Positions 26,218-35,435 of a DNA stretch of 64,000 nucleotides are shown here, one piece after another. The translations under genes and the position numbers were made by a program. Under the pieces are notes generated by a model. It ran no database searches. It had not been told where the DNA came from and was given only the letters and a program-made list of their open reading frames with translations. Source of the stretch: an uncultured Kiritimatiellota bacterium. GTDB taxonomy: Bacteria > Verrucomicrobiota > Kiritimatiellia > RFP12 > DVOR01. Each line of letters begins with the position of its first letter. Positions within the stretch are counted from its first letter, which is position 1. Location: positions 3,219 through 67,218 of the forward strand of contig CALXOF010000010.1 of assembly GCA_944389945.1 (NCBI GenBank), written 5' to 3'.

Positions 26218-29173
26218 CTGCCACCTCCACGGAACGACCACTCCGCGTAAAGAGCAACACCATGCGAATGGCTTCCTGTGGGAAACCCGTGAGCTCGGCC
26301 AGGGCCACGCGATAATCCCGAAGCTGACGCTCATAGGCGGGGGTCGCGACCGGCTCGCGCGAAGTCTTGAAGTCGTAAATCACGGCACGGCGCGAGGCAG
26401 GATAAATGTGAACGCGGTCGAACTGTCCGACCAAGCGACGGGTCTTATCACCTTCATGTACGGTGACGGCAAAGGTGCGCTCGCGCCACAACTCGCACGG
26501 TTCCTCAGGCCGACGGAAGACCTCGGGGAAACAGGGCGGATCATCGGACCAAGCGATGTCGGCCAGGCGGGCATGCTCGGAGATGCCGAACTTACGGGCC
26601 GTGTCGGCACCTTCGGCCAACAAATCCGCTACGGAAGAGGCGCGCGCGCGTTCGGAGGGCAACTCGGTCTCCTCGGCGCGGCTCTCGCCGACACGCACCC
26701 ACGGCGTACGCTCGGTAGCCGGCGGCGCAGGGTCACGGTCTGCCACGGTCTGCCACCAATCCGGCGAGCCAGCGGCATAGACCTCGGCAGCACCCTCGTG
26801 GCCCGGGATGTCGTTGGCCACTCCGGAGACGCGATGGAAGAGTAACCAAGGACGCTTGGCCGGTTTGTCGACGTCCTTCTTGGGGGCAAAGACGAGTTGC
26901 TCGAAGCGTGCACGCGTGACGGCCACATAGAGCGCACAGAGATCATCGCGGAAACGGGCCGAACGACGGCGGAGCGCGGCGGTCTGGAGCGCAGGGACAG
27001 CGGCCGCCGTCACGGAGAGCGCGGGCGTTTCAAGCACCCAGTCCGGGCCAACCTCGCAGGTTACGGTGCGCTCATTGGAAAGGTCGCCATCCAAGACGGT
27101 GAAGACAACGTCAAAGGTGAGGCCCTTGGAGTGGTGCACGGTCATGAGGCTAAGCGTGCCGGAGTCCGCCGAGCAAGGAATCGTGAGGCCCTCCACAAGC
27201 TCAAGCGCCGCGGTGGGGTCTGCGGCCCCGGCGGAGTCCAATGCCTCAAAGCCCTGCCGAATGGCAGCAAGTCCCTCCAAATCCTGCGCGGACAACCGAT
27301 TCTCCCGCATCGCCTCGGCGAAAATCCCATCCAACCACGCGGCATAGCCCTGCTCTGCGAGCTGACGATTCCAGCGGGCCAACAGAACCTTGTCCGACTC
27401 CTCGGCGAGCCCAATCCGGCGCAGAACTTCGCCCCAGAGGTTCGCTCGGGGATCCGCCAGCCAACGCAACAGAGCGCGCACCAATTGTCCCATCGGCGTC
27501 TCGGCAACGGTCATTGCGCCATCAATGGCGCAATCTACGCCACGCGCACGCAACCGCGTCTGAAGTTCATAGAGCGCATCACGCTTGAAGGCAAGGACGG
27601 CCAGACGCAACCGTTTAGCGGAGAGTAGCTTCCACCGCTCGGCAATAAGGTCCGCGAGCATCTCCAACCACAACTCTTTATTCTTCCCGTCCAGGGTGAC
27701 ACAGCGGGCATATCCGGCGTCTTTGCGGTGGGCCACATGGGGTCGCCAGGCCTTTTGCCAACTCTGTAAGGCCTCATGCTGCCAAGGCGCCGCCGCAGTC
27801 GCCGTCAAAACGTCCTCGTCGGAAAGATTGAAGACAGCGTTGATAAAATCAATAACGGCTGGGCTTGAGCGATACGATTCGACCAAAGGTGCGCCAGCCG
27901 GAACATCCGGCACGCGACGCACATCACCGAATAGCGAGACGTCACCACCGCGCCACCCATAGATGGATTGCTTCACGTCTCCCACATAGAAAAAGGTAGA
28001 ATCCTCACCTTCGGCCAGTTCACGCGCGAGACTCGACAACACGTCCCATTGGGTGACGCTGGTGTCTTGAAACTCGTCAATCATCAAATGACGCACCGCC
28101 GTATCCATCCGATAGGCCACATACATCGCGGCCTCATCAGTCACGGAGAGTCGGCCACCCAAGCGCCGCGCCAACGTCTCAGTGAGTGCACCAAAGGTCA
28201 GCCTTCCCGTCTCATCGGCCAATCCGTCCGCCGCTCGATTGAGCGCGAGAATGGCGCGGTGAAGGCTAGCGGTATGATCCGCGGTCTGGCGCAAGTCACG
28301 CGCCAACAGGTCGTCCCACAGGGCCTTGGCGGCCGCTTGGCCATCCACCCCCAGTTCCAACACCTTCTTATAATATTTGTAGATACCCGTCTCGGCAAGC
28401 CCCCGCAACTTGTTTAGCTTGGCTTGGTCGGGAGAGACGCGTGCCTTCCACTCCCGAATACTCTTCAGTTCCGGATGATAAAGGTCCACTGCCGCAAAAT
28501 ACGACTTCGCATGAGCATCTGACACGTCGGCGACCGGGACCTCACGCAAGGTCTGCACCAGGGCCTCACGGTTGGCACAACGTTGCGGCAAATCACCCAA
28601 ACGCGAGAGGTCACCCCAACCATCCGGATGATTTCGTGCCACCACGCCGAAGTCATGCAGAAAGTTACGCAATCGCTCTGAGAGAGCCTCCGCTGTCGCG
28701 GCACCCTCATAGTGCACGTCAAAGAGGTTCAATAGTTCATCGCTGGAAGCGGCCGGCGTGTTGCGAAGGGCCCGATTGACCGTCTCGCGAAGCATCGCTT
28801 TGGCTTCGGGACCATCCCCCTCCTCATAAAGCATGAAATCCGGGGAAAGGCCCAATTCGTAGGCAAAGAGTCGCGCCACACGCGAAGAGAAGGCGTCGAT
28901 GGTCGAGATTTGAAGCCGCGGGAGTGCGTCCAGCACGACTTCAAGGGCTTGATCGCAGGTCAGCCAACCGGGCGCCGACTCCACTTCATGGTTGAGTAGG
29001 CGTTCCACCACGGCTGCGAAGATTTCGCGCGTGGCGGCCCGCGTGAAGGTCAGCGCGCAGATGGTTTCGGGCCGAGCCCCGGCCATGACGAGTCTGCAGT
29101 AACGGCGCGACAGCGCGAAGGTCTTGCCGCTTCCCGCCGAGGCACTGAGATACTGCGAACCCAGGTCCTTCAC
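26210..29173 (-). CDS. UvrD/Rep-type SF1 helicase fused to a C-terminal PD-(D/E)XK nuclease (AddA/RecB-like)
   Basis: SASAGSGKTFAL Walker A, LMIDEFQDTS, VGDVKQSIYGWRG, TVHHSKGLTFDVVF. C-terminal RRAVIYDFKTS nuclease-type motif. Confidence 0.8.
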   Translation of the reverse strand: MKDLGSQYLSASAGSGKTFALSRRYCRLVMAGARPETICALTFTRAATREIFAAVVERLLNHEVESAPGWLTCDQALEVVLDALPRLQISTIDAFSSRVARLFAYELGLSPDFMLYEEGDGPEAKAMLRETVNRALRNTPAASSDELLNLFDVHYEGAATAEALSERLRNFLHDFGVVARNHPDGWGDLSRLGDLPQRCANREALVQTLREVPVADVSDAHAKSYFAAVDLYHPELKSIREWKARVSPDQAKLNKLRGLAETGIYKYYKKVLELGVDGQAAAKALWDDLLARDLRQTADHTASLHRAILALNRAADGLADETGRLTFGALTETLARRLGGRLSVTDEAAMYVAYRMDTAVRHLMIDEFQDTSVTQWDVLSSLARELAEGEDSTFFYVGDVKQSIYGWRGGDVSLFGDVRRVPDVPAGAPLVESYRSSPAVIDFINAVFNLSDEDVLTATAAAPWQHEALQSWQKAWRPHVAHRKDAGYARCVTLDGKNKELWLEMLADLIAERWKLLSAKRLRLAVLAFKRDALYELQTRLRARGVDCAIDGAMTVAETPMGQLVRALLRWLADPRANLWGEVLRRIGLAEESDKVLLARWNRQLAEQGYAAWLDGIFAEAMRENRLSAQDLEGLAAIRQGFEALDSAGAADPTAALELVEGLTIPCSADSGTLSLMTVHHSKGLTFDVVFTVLDGDLSNERTVTCEVGPDWVLETPALSVTAAAVPALQTAALRRRSARFRDDLCALYVAVTRARFEQLVFAPKKDVDKPAKRPWLLFHRVSGVANDIPGHEGAAEVYAAGSPDWWQTVADRDPAPPATERTPWVRVGESRAEETELPSERARASSVADLLAEGADTARKFGISEHARLADIAWSDDPPCFPEVFRRPEEPCELWRERTFAVTVHEGDKTRRLVGQFDRVHIYPASRRAVIYDFKTSREPVATPAYERQLRDYRVALAELTGFPQEAIRMVLLFTRSGRSVEVADA

Positions 29174-29177
29174 GACC

Positions 29178-30677
29178 TCACTTCCGTTTGGGACGGCGCG
29201 ACTTCGGAGTCAAGCTCCCACCCTTGCGCCCCTTCGCCGGGGCAGGCTTACGGCCACCTGCGCGACGCGACGGCTTCGGCGCAACGGCCTCGGCCTCCTC
29301 CGGCGTCTTGGGGTCACCGGGACGCGTGCGCGAACGGAACTGTAGGATGAGCGCGGCTCCCTCAAGGTCGAAGGATTCACGCAAGGTGCGAATCAAAAAG
29401 TCCTGGAAGGGCTTAGTAGCCAACCGCGCGTCATTCACGAAGAGACGCAAAATCATGGGGTTGGAACCCGTTTGCGTGGCGTAGAAGAAGCGGAGCTTGC
29501 GGCCTTCGCGACCGGGAGTCTGCACCCGTTCCAACGCATTGAGCAACGTGCGATTCAGCACGCCCGTGGGCAAGACGCGGCGTTGGTTGCCGGCGACCCG
29601 GTCGATAGCCTCAATGGAAGCCCGGACGTTATAACCCTCTTGGGCGCTCATGAAAACCACCGGCACATGGCGCAAATAGGGCATCAGTTCCCGCATATGG
29701 GCGATAGCCGCCGTTTCGGTGGCCCCCTTGGCGCGGGCAAGGTCCCACTTGTTCACGAGGATAACGCAGGCGCGCCCCTCGCGCTGAATCATGTTGGAGA
29801 TATACTTATCCTGCGTGGTCGGGCCAATCTCCGCATCCATCACCAAGACGGCCACATCGCACTCGCGCACGGCTTCCTCACTCCGGAAGAGGGAGAAACG
29901 CTCCACCGAGGTGTCAATCTTGTGCACATGACGCATGCCGGCGGTGTCGACGAGGGTGTAATGTCGCGCGGTCGGACCGGAACCAATGGTGAAGGGCACG
30001 TCCACGCAATCGCGCGTCGTCCCGGCCACATCGCTGACGATGACGCGGTCACTGCGCAACAAGCGATTGATATAGCTACTCTTGCCGGCGTTCGGACGCC
30101 CCACGATAGCCACACGCAGGGGTTTGGCCTCGGCCGCGCGTTCCGCTTCGGTCTCTTCCGGCAGATGCTTCAGCACCTCGGCCATGAAAGGTTCCATGCC
30201 GCGGCCATGCGCCGCAGAGATAGGGAAGACGGGGAAGGCCAACTTGGCAAACTCATGGGCACCATGCTCGTGGCTCGGCAGGTCACACTTATTCGCGGCC
30301 ACCACGCAAGGACGCCCGGCCTTGCGCACCAAGCGAGCGACTTCCTCGTCGGTCGGCTGAAGCCCGGCCTGCGCGTCCACCACCAGAATGACGCACGCGG
30401 CGTCGGCCAAAGCCACGGCGGCCTGGTCGCGAACGGCCATCTCAATGACGTTGCCTTCCTTAATGCCATCAAAGAGACGGATACCGCCGGTGTCGATGAG
30501 GCGGAACTTCTGGTCATCCCACGCCACCTCTCGCACGATGCGGTCGCGCGTCACCCCGCTCTGGTCATGCACAATGGCGATACGCCTGTGCGCGATACGG
30601 TTAAAGAGGGCGGACTTGCCCACATTGGGCCGCCCCACGATTGCCACTGTCCGATTCAATTCCATTTGCGCTTCCAT
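29178..30677 (-). CDS. der: Ribosome-associated GTPase Der/EngA with a basic C-terminal tail
   Basis: Two G domains (GRPNVGKSALFN and GRPNAGKSSYINRL) plus a KH-like domain. The tail is Lys/Arg/Pro-rich. The start at 30677 is chosen because an extended -10 lies 7 nt upstream; 30665 is an alternative. Confidence 0.9.
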   Translation of the reverse strand: MEAQMELNRTVAIVGRPNVGKSALFNRIAHRRIAIVHDQSGVTRDRIVREVAWDDQKFRLIDTGGIRLFDGIKEGNVIEMAVRDQAAVALADAACVILVVDAQAGLQPTDEEVARLVRKAGRPCVVAANKCDLPSHEHGAHEFAKLAFPVFPISAAHGRGMEPFMAEVLKHLPEETEAERAAEAKPLRVAIVGRPNAGKSSYINRLLRSDRVIVSDVAGTTRDCVDVPFTIGSGPTARHYTLVDTAGMRHVHKIDTSVERFSLFRSEEAVRECDVAVLVMDAEIGPTTQDKYISNMIQREGRACVILVNKWDLARAKGATETAAIAHMRELMPYLRHVPVVFMSAQEGYNVRASIEAIDRVAGNQRRVLPTGVLNRTLLNALERVQTPGREGRKLRFFYATQTGSNPMILRLFVNDARLATKPFQDFLIRTLRESFDLEGAALILQFRSRTRPGDPKTPEEAEAVAPKPSRRAGGRKPAPAKGRKGGSLTPKSRRPKRK

Positions 30678-30684
30678 GCCTATT

Positions 30685-30693
30685 ATTTTAGCA
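30685..30693 (-). promoter_or_regulatory. Candidate extended -10 promoter (TGcTAAAAT) giving a leaderless der transcript
   Basis: The minus strand reads TTTTGCTAAAAT-AATAGGC-ATG. Confidence 0.4.
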
Positions 30694-30803
30694 AAATCCC
30701 CCCTGCCCCGCAGAAACACAAGCCCTGGCTGTGCTATCCGTGAAGTACTGCCTCACAGGAAAATCAGGGTGGCAGAGGTGCGATGGTCTTTGTCTCTATC
30801 TCA

Positions 30804-30863
30804 CCCCTTAAAGGGCACTTTCCAGACCCTTAAGGGTTTCGACCCCGACCACTATAGGGTCTC
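30804..30863. repeat. Palindromic intergenic element, locus C (P1-P2-1xP3)
   Basis: CCCCTTAAAGGGC ... AGACCCTTAAGGGTTTC ... GACCACTATAGGGTCTC. Confidence 0.8.
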
Positions 30864-30864
30864 A

Positions 30865-30906
30865 GAAAGAAGCTTTACGGGGCGTGTCGCACAGCGTCAC
30901 GCCCCG
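30865..30906 (-). terminator. Possible terminator after the HD-domain gene
   Basis: Perfect 9-bp stem CGGGGCGTG / CACGCCCCG (30878-30886 and 30898-30906), followed on the minus strand by TAAAGCTTCTTTC. Confidence 0.45.
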
Positions 30907-30932
30907 AGTTCAAGTAGCCTTTTCTTTGCCTT

Positions 30933-31700
30933 TTAACGTGCAAGAGCCGCCGTGGCGATGTCGCAACACCGATCGATGGTGGCAACATGCGCGGGTAACA
31001 GCTCGTGCAAGTAACGACGGCGAATGTCAACCTCGCCACGGTCGAGCGCCAAGCGACGCGAAGCAGCATAGTAAAGGCCGCCGTTGCACCACGCCAACTG
31101 GATGAAGACAAAATCTGCAAAGCTCTGGATGTCGGCGTAATCGACACTGTCGCCGCGCTCGAGGGCCGCGACAACCTTGGGCGAAGGCGGGCCGTCAAGC
31201 GGCAATCCCCAATAGACATCCGGATGCGAAGGCAGGTAATCCGTCTCAATGGCATGGTCAAGGACAGTGTAGATATCGAGCTTGTCGGCATCGCGGACAA
31301 GGTGCGCGAGGGCAAGCTCGTCCGGCGGGAGGTGTGGGGGCAAGTCGCGCAGATTGTGACACTCGATGGCACGAAGGATGGCATTGCGCTCGGGGGCGGG
31401 GCGATCGTCGAGCCACCCCAACCGCAAGGCCTCTCCACAACTGAGGAGCGCATGGTTCACACTCACGCGGTCGCTGAAGGTACGATACTGGCCGTATTGA
31501 CGGAAACGGCCAAGATCATGCAACCACGCGGCGGTCTCGCCCAAGCCGAGTAACCGCTCCGGGAAGGCTTCTCCAGCCATGATAGCCTTCGCATTCGCGA
31601 CAACGCGGCGGGTGTGCTCTAGCTTGAGGATGTTCATCTCCTCTGCCGGAAAGATAGCGGCATAGGCCTCAAAGGCGGACGCAATCTCTGTGTCTTTCAT
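30933..31700 (-). CDS. HD-domain metal-dependent phosphohydrolase
   Basis: H...HDLGR motif (AAWLHDLGRF) and downstream D (RDADKLD). 255 aa. Confidence 0.7.
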   Translation of the reverse strand: MKDTEIASAFEAYAAIFPAEEMNILKLEHTRRVVANAKAIMAGEAFPERLLGLGETAAWLHDLGRFRQYGQYRTFSDRVSVNHALLSCGEALRLGWLDDRPAPERNAILRAIECHNLRDLPPHLPPDELALAHLVRDADKLDIYTVLDHAIETDYLPSHPDVYWGLPLDGPPSPKVVAALERGDSVDYADIQSFADFVFIQLAWCNGGLYYAASRRLALDRGEVDIRRRYLHELLPAHVATIDRCCDIATAALAR

Positions 31701-31708
31701 GGGTGACC

Positions 31709-34453
31709 TCAGTGAGCGGAAAGCCAGTCGGGACCGTCACCAATGGAAACCGATAGCGGGACGGCCAGATCTATGACGTTCTCCATGGCGGACTTGACCA
31801 AGGGACGGACAATCTCCAGCTCCTCTTCGGGGACGTCAAAGAGCAATTCATCGTGAATCTGCAAGGTCATTTGAGAGCGGAGACCTTTGGCGCACAACTC
31901 TCGGTCAATGCGGACCATGGCGAACTTGATGATGTCGGCGGCGGACCCTTGAATTGGCATGTTAATGGCGACACGCTCGGCAGCGGTGCGGGTGCTCGCA
32001 TTCCGGGAGTTGATTTCCGGGACGGCACGGCGACGACCAAACAGCGTCTGCGCGTAACCGCGTTCGCGGGCCTCGGCGATACTCTTATCCATATAGGCGC
32101 GAACGGCGGGATATTGCGTGAAGTAGGCATCAATAAGCTCTTGGGCCTCTTTGCGCGGAATGCGCAGGCGCGAGGCCAGGCCAAAGGGCGAGATACCATA
32201 GATGATGCCGAAATTGACCATCTTGCAGTGGGACCGTTGCGAGGGCGTAACCGCCTCCAAGGGCACGCCATAGACAACGGAAGCCGTCTGCGCATGGATG
32301 TCTTCGCCGCGTTTGAAAGCGCCAATCATGCGTTCATCGCCACTCATGGCGGCCATCAAGCGAAGCTCCACCTGCGAGTAGTCTGCCGAAAGCAACGTCC
32401 ACCCCGGGCCTCGGGCGACGAAAGCGGCACGAATCCGTTGGCCCCGATCGGAACGAACGGGGATATTCTGAAGATTCGGGTTGGAGGAAGAGAGGCGCCC
32501 GGTATCGGTGAAGGTCTGATTGAAAGTGGTGTGAATCCGGCCATCAGCGGGATCGATATGATCGGGGAGGCGATCCACATAGGTGTTCTTGAGTTTGACG
32601 CAGGCACGCCAGTCAAGAATCAAATCGATAATGGGATGACGGTCACGAAGCTTGAGCAACAACTCCTCATTGGTAGGGAATTGCCCGCGCGACGTACGCT
32701 TGACGGTTGGATCAAGCTTGAGGTAACCGAAAAGGAACTCTCCGAGTTGTTTGGGAGAGGCCAAGTTGACGCCGGCGCCAGTATAATTGCGGATGGCGAG
32801 CTCTTGGCGAATGACCTCTCCCTCCAATTCCTGGCGGAAGCGACGCAACGCAGGCACATCCAGGCGCACACCGACTGCCTCCATGCGCAGCAGAACCCCG
32901 GCGAGCGGCTCTTCGCAATCAAGCAAGAGATGTTCCAGCCCCATCTCCTTGATTTTCGGCATCAGCACGGCGTGGAGCCGGAAAGCAACATCGGCGTCTT
33001 CAGCGGCGTAGTCCAGAATGGCCTCCGGCGGCACGTCGGCCATGGTCCGGCCCTTTTCAGTGCCAAGCACCGCAGAGATGGGAATAGGCGCGTAGTCCAA
33101 AAAGACGTTGGCGACATGGTCCAAATCATGGCGGTCCGTCGCGTCCACGAGATAATGCTCCAGGAGCGTGTCATGGAGTGGACCACGAAGTTCAATGCCA
33201 AGGCGTAATAAGACAGCGCGATCGAACCTCAAGTGATGGCCGACCTTTGCGATGGTCTCCGATTGGAAGACCGGCAAGAAGGGCATCAAGGCCGCACGTT
33301 GGCCTTCGTCCTGTTCCGGCAGGGGAACATACCATGCGCGCCCGCCCTCGATGGCGAAGGAACAGCCGACCGCACGGTCATGGCGCGGTTGCAAGCCAAT
33401 CGTCTCCGTGTCAAAAGCAATCAGCGGTGCCTTCAAGAGCTCAGCCGCGAGCGCCTCGCGCGCCTCCGGCGTGTCTACCAACCGATAGTCGTGTGGGACA
33501 TTCGCCAACGTTTTGTAAGTCGAGGACGTTTCCTCGTGGCTTTCCAAGAGCGCCGCCGTAAATCCAAATTGGGTCTGGGCGGCCGTAGCGGCGATGCCGA
33601 TGCGGTTGGCCACCTGGCGCAATTCATACTTGGCGAGGACAGGCGCAAGCTTGGCCGTATCCAACTGCGCCAAAATCAAATCGTCCAACGTCTCCGCCAC
33701 AGGTGCATCACGGACGATTGTCACCAAACGTTTGCTGAGGCGAGCATCTTCGGCATGGGTCTGAATCGACTCACCCGTCTTTCCCTTCACCTCCCCCGCA
33801 TGCGCCAAGAGATTGTCCAACGTCCCATAAGTTGCCAACAGCTTGACGGCTGTTTTGGCACCAACGCCCGGAACCCCAGGGATATTGTCGCTGGCATCCC
33901 CGGTGAGGGCCAAATAGTCAATCATCTGCTCCGGCGAGGAAATTCCCCATTTGGCGCAGAGCTCTTCGGCAGAAAGCAACGTCTGATCCCCGGGATGGAG
34001 AATCGAGACATGAGGACCGGCGAGTTGCCCCAAGTCCTTATCCGGGGTCGCAATGATGACCTGCTGGAACCCGGCCTCCACAGCGCGTGCGGCAAGTGTC
34101 CCCAAGACATCGTCCGCCTCATAGCCCTCTGCCTGGACCGTACGGATACCCCACGCTTCCGCCAACTCCTTTGCCTGCCCAATGGCGGCGGCGATGTCTT
34201 CCGGCATCTTCTCGCGCTGGGCCTTGTAGGGCGGATAAAGCGTGTGACGAAAGGTCGGGCCAGAACTCTCCAACGCAATGGCCATATGCGTGGGGGTAAA
34301 GAGTCGCAACATCTGTTCCAACGTGGTCGCGAAAAGCGAGAGCGATGAGGTTACGATTCCGGAAGCCGTACGCCTCGGGTTTTTCAAGAAGACGAAATGC
34401 CCCCTATAGAGGATAGGCATCAAGTCGACCAAAAGCAGCGTTGTTCCCGTCAT
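31709..34453 (-). CDS. polA: DNA polymerase I
   Basis: 5'-nuclease N-terminus (LLLVDLMPILYRGHF), a central 3'-5' exo-like domain, family A motifs (KMVNFGIIYGIS, LQIHDELLFDV). The start at 34453 forms an ATGA overlap with the upstream gene. Confidence 0.95.
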   Translation of the reverse strand: MTGTTLLLVDLMPILYRGHFVFLKNPRRTASGIVTSSLSLFATTLEQMLRLFTPTHMAIALESSGPTFRHTLYPPYKAQREKMPEDIAAAIGQAKELAEAWGIRTVQAEGYEADDVLGTLAARAVEAGFQQVIIATPDKDLGQLAGPHVSILHPGDQTLLSAEELCAKWGISSPEQMIDYLALTGDASDNIPGVPGVGAKTAVKLLATYGTLDNLLAHAGEVKGKTGESIQTHAEDARLSKRLVTIVRDAPVAETLDDLILAQLDTAKLAPVLAKYELRQVANRIGIAATAAQTQFGFTAALLESHEETSSTYKTLANVPHDYRLVDTPEAREALAAELLKAPLIAFDTETIGLQPRHDRAVGCSFAIEGGRAWYVPLPEQDEGQRAALMPFLPVFQSETIAKVGHHLRFDRAVLLRLGIELRGPLHDTLLEHYLVDATDRHDLDHVANVFLDYAPIPISAVLGTEKGRTMADVPPEAILDYAAEDADVAFRLHAVLMPKIKEMGLEHLLLDCEEPLAGVLLRMEAVGVRLDVPALRRFRQELEGEVIRQELAIRNYTGAGVNLASPKQLGEFLFGYLKLDPTVKRTSRGQFPTNEELLLKLRDRHPIIDLILDWRACVKLKNTYVDRLPDHIDPADGRIHTTFNQTFTDTGRLSSSNPNLQNIPVRSDRGQRIRAAFVARGPGWTLLSADYSQVELRLMAAMSGDERMIGAFKRGEDIHAQTASVVYGVPLEAVTPSQRSHCKMVNFGIIYGISPFGLASRLRIPRKEAQELIDAYFTQYPAVRAYMDKSIAEARERGYAQTLFGRRRAVPEINSRNASTRTAAERVAINMPIQGSAADIIKFAMVRIDRELCAKGLRSQMTLQIHDELLFDVPEEELEIVRPLVKSAMENVIDLAVPLSVSIGDGPDWLSAH

Positions 34454-34845
34454 GCGCGGCTCCTTTCCGAGGCAGTGCGCCACCGTTCCGCCAAAACACC
34501 CAAAGGCGTGGTGAGCACATCGTCCGACTGAGGGCCAAGGTGCGCGGTGAGCGCCGCGCGGAAACGCGCCGGCTCGCAATCGTCATAGATGCAGTGCTCA
34601 GGATAAAGCACCAGATACACAGACATGGGCGTGGCATCCATGGAAAGCGACTGCGCCATGCCCGGCTTTAACCGATAGGCCACCTCAAATGCCTCCAAAA
34701 AAGCATCGTCTTCATCCTGCCAGGCAGGATTTTGCAATGGAAAGGCCTTTCGAAAGCGACGCCTTTGGGCACCACGGTTCCACTGCCAAATAAGCCACGT
34801 GACGACCACCAATCCGACAAAACAAAGTACATACGAGAAGTTCAT
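34450..34845 (-). CDS. Small N-terminally anchored membrane protein (hypothetical)
   Basis: One TM (FSYVLCFVGLVVVTWLIW). ATGA overlaps at both ends. Confidence 0.5.
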   Translation of the reverse strand: MNFSYVLCFVGLVVVTWLIWQWNRGAQRRRFRKAFPLQNPAWQDEDDAFLEAFEVAYRLKPGMAQSLSMDATPMSVYLVLYPEHCIYDDCEPARFRAALTAHLGPQSDDVLTTPLGVLAERWRTASERSRA

Positions 34846-35435
34846 CGTCTCTTCCTTTGAACCTTATAACGCGGCCACAACGTACGCTTTCTGCGCAACA
34901 CCCGAACCTGTGGACGCACGCCATGATCAAGCAACGCCGCCACCTGCCGTTGCACGGTCGGCAAATCGATGTCGGCAAACGACGGCTCCGTCACGGAAAT
35001 CAGCTCACCCGAGCCGCGATATTCATAAACATGGACACGCCGACCCGCGCCGTCCGTCGTGACCTGACGCTCCACGATGTGCTTGCCGCGCTCCAACAAC
35101 AGCGCCAGCACGTAAATAGAGGCACGATCGCGCGGATCGCCCCGCTCCACCAACGTCCGCAACACCGTCTCTGCGGATGCGCGGTGCGCGGTCTCGGCGA
35201 CCGCCTTTCGAGATGCCGATGTGGCGGGAAGCGAAAACGTCCATGCGGCAGAGGCCGTTGCCCGCTCATCGTACGAAAGTGCCGAAAAACATCCCGGGCA
35301 CAAATCGCGGCGACCGAATCCGCCCTCTGCTTCCGGCATCAACAACGAATGCCCAAGGCCCCCCGGCACGAAAGGCCGACCACAGGCCACGCACCGTTGG
35401 GCTCTGGGTTTGAGACGCCAATCGGCCACGATCAA
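34842..35435 (-). CDS. Hypothetical protein with an N-terminal CxxC...CxxC zinc-ribbon-like motif and a basic tail
   Basis: CVACGRPF...CPGCF. TTG start overlapping the AsmA-like stop (TTGA); a GTG at 35429 is an alternative. Confidence 0.5.
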   Translation of the reverse strand: MIVADWRLKPRAQRCVACGRPFVPGGLGHSLLMPEAEGGFGRRDLCPGCFSALSYDERATASAAWTFSLPATSASRKAVAETAHRASAETVLRTLVERGDPRDRASIYVLALLLERGKHIVERQVTTDGAGRRVHVYEYRGSGELISVTEPSFADIDLPTVQRQVAALLDHGVRPQVRVLRRKRTLWPRYKVQRKRR

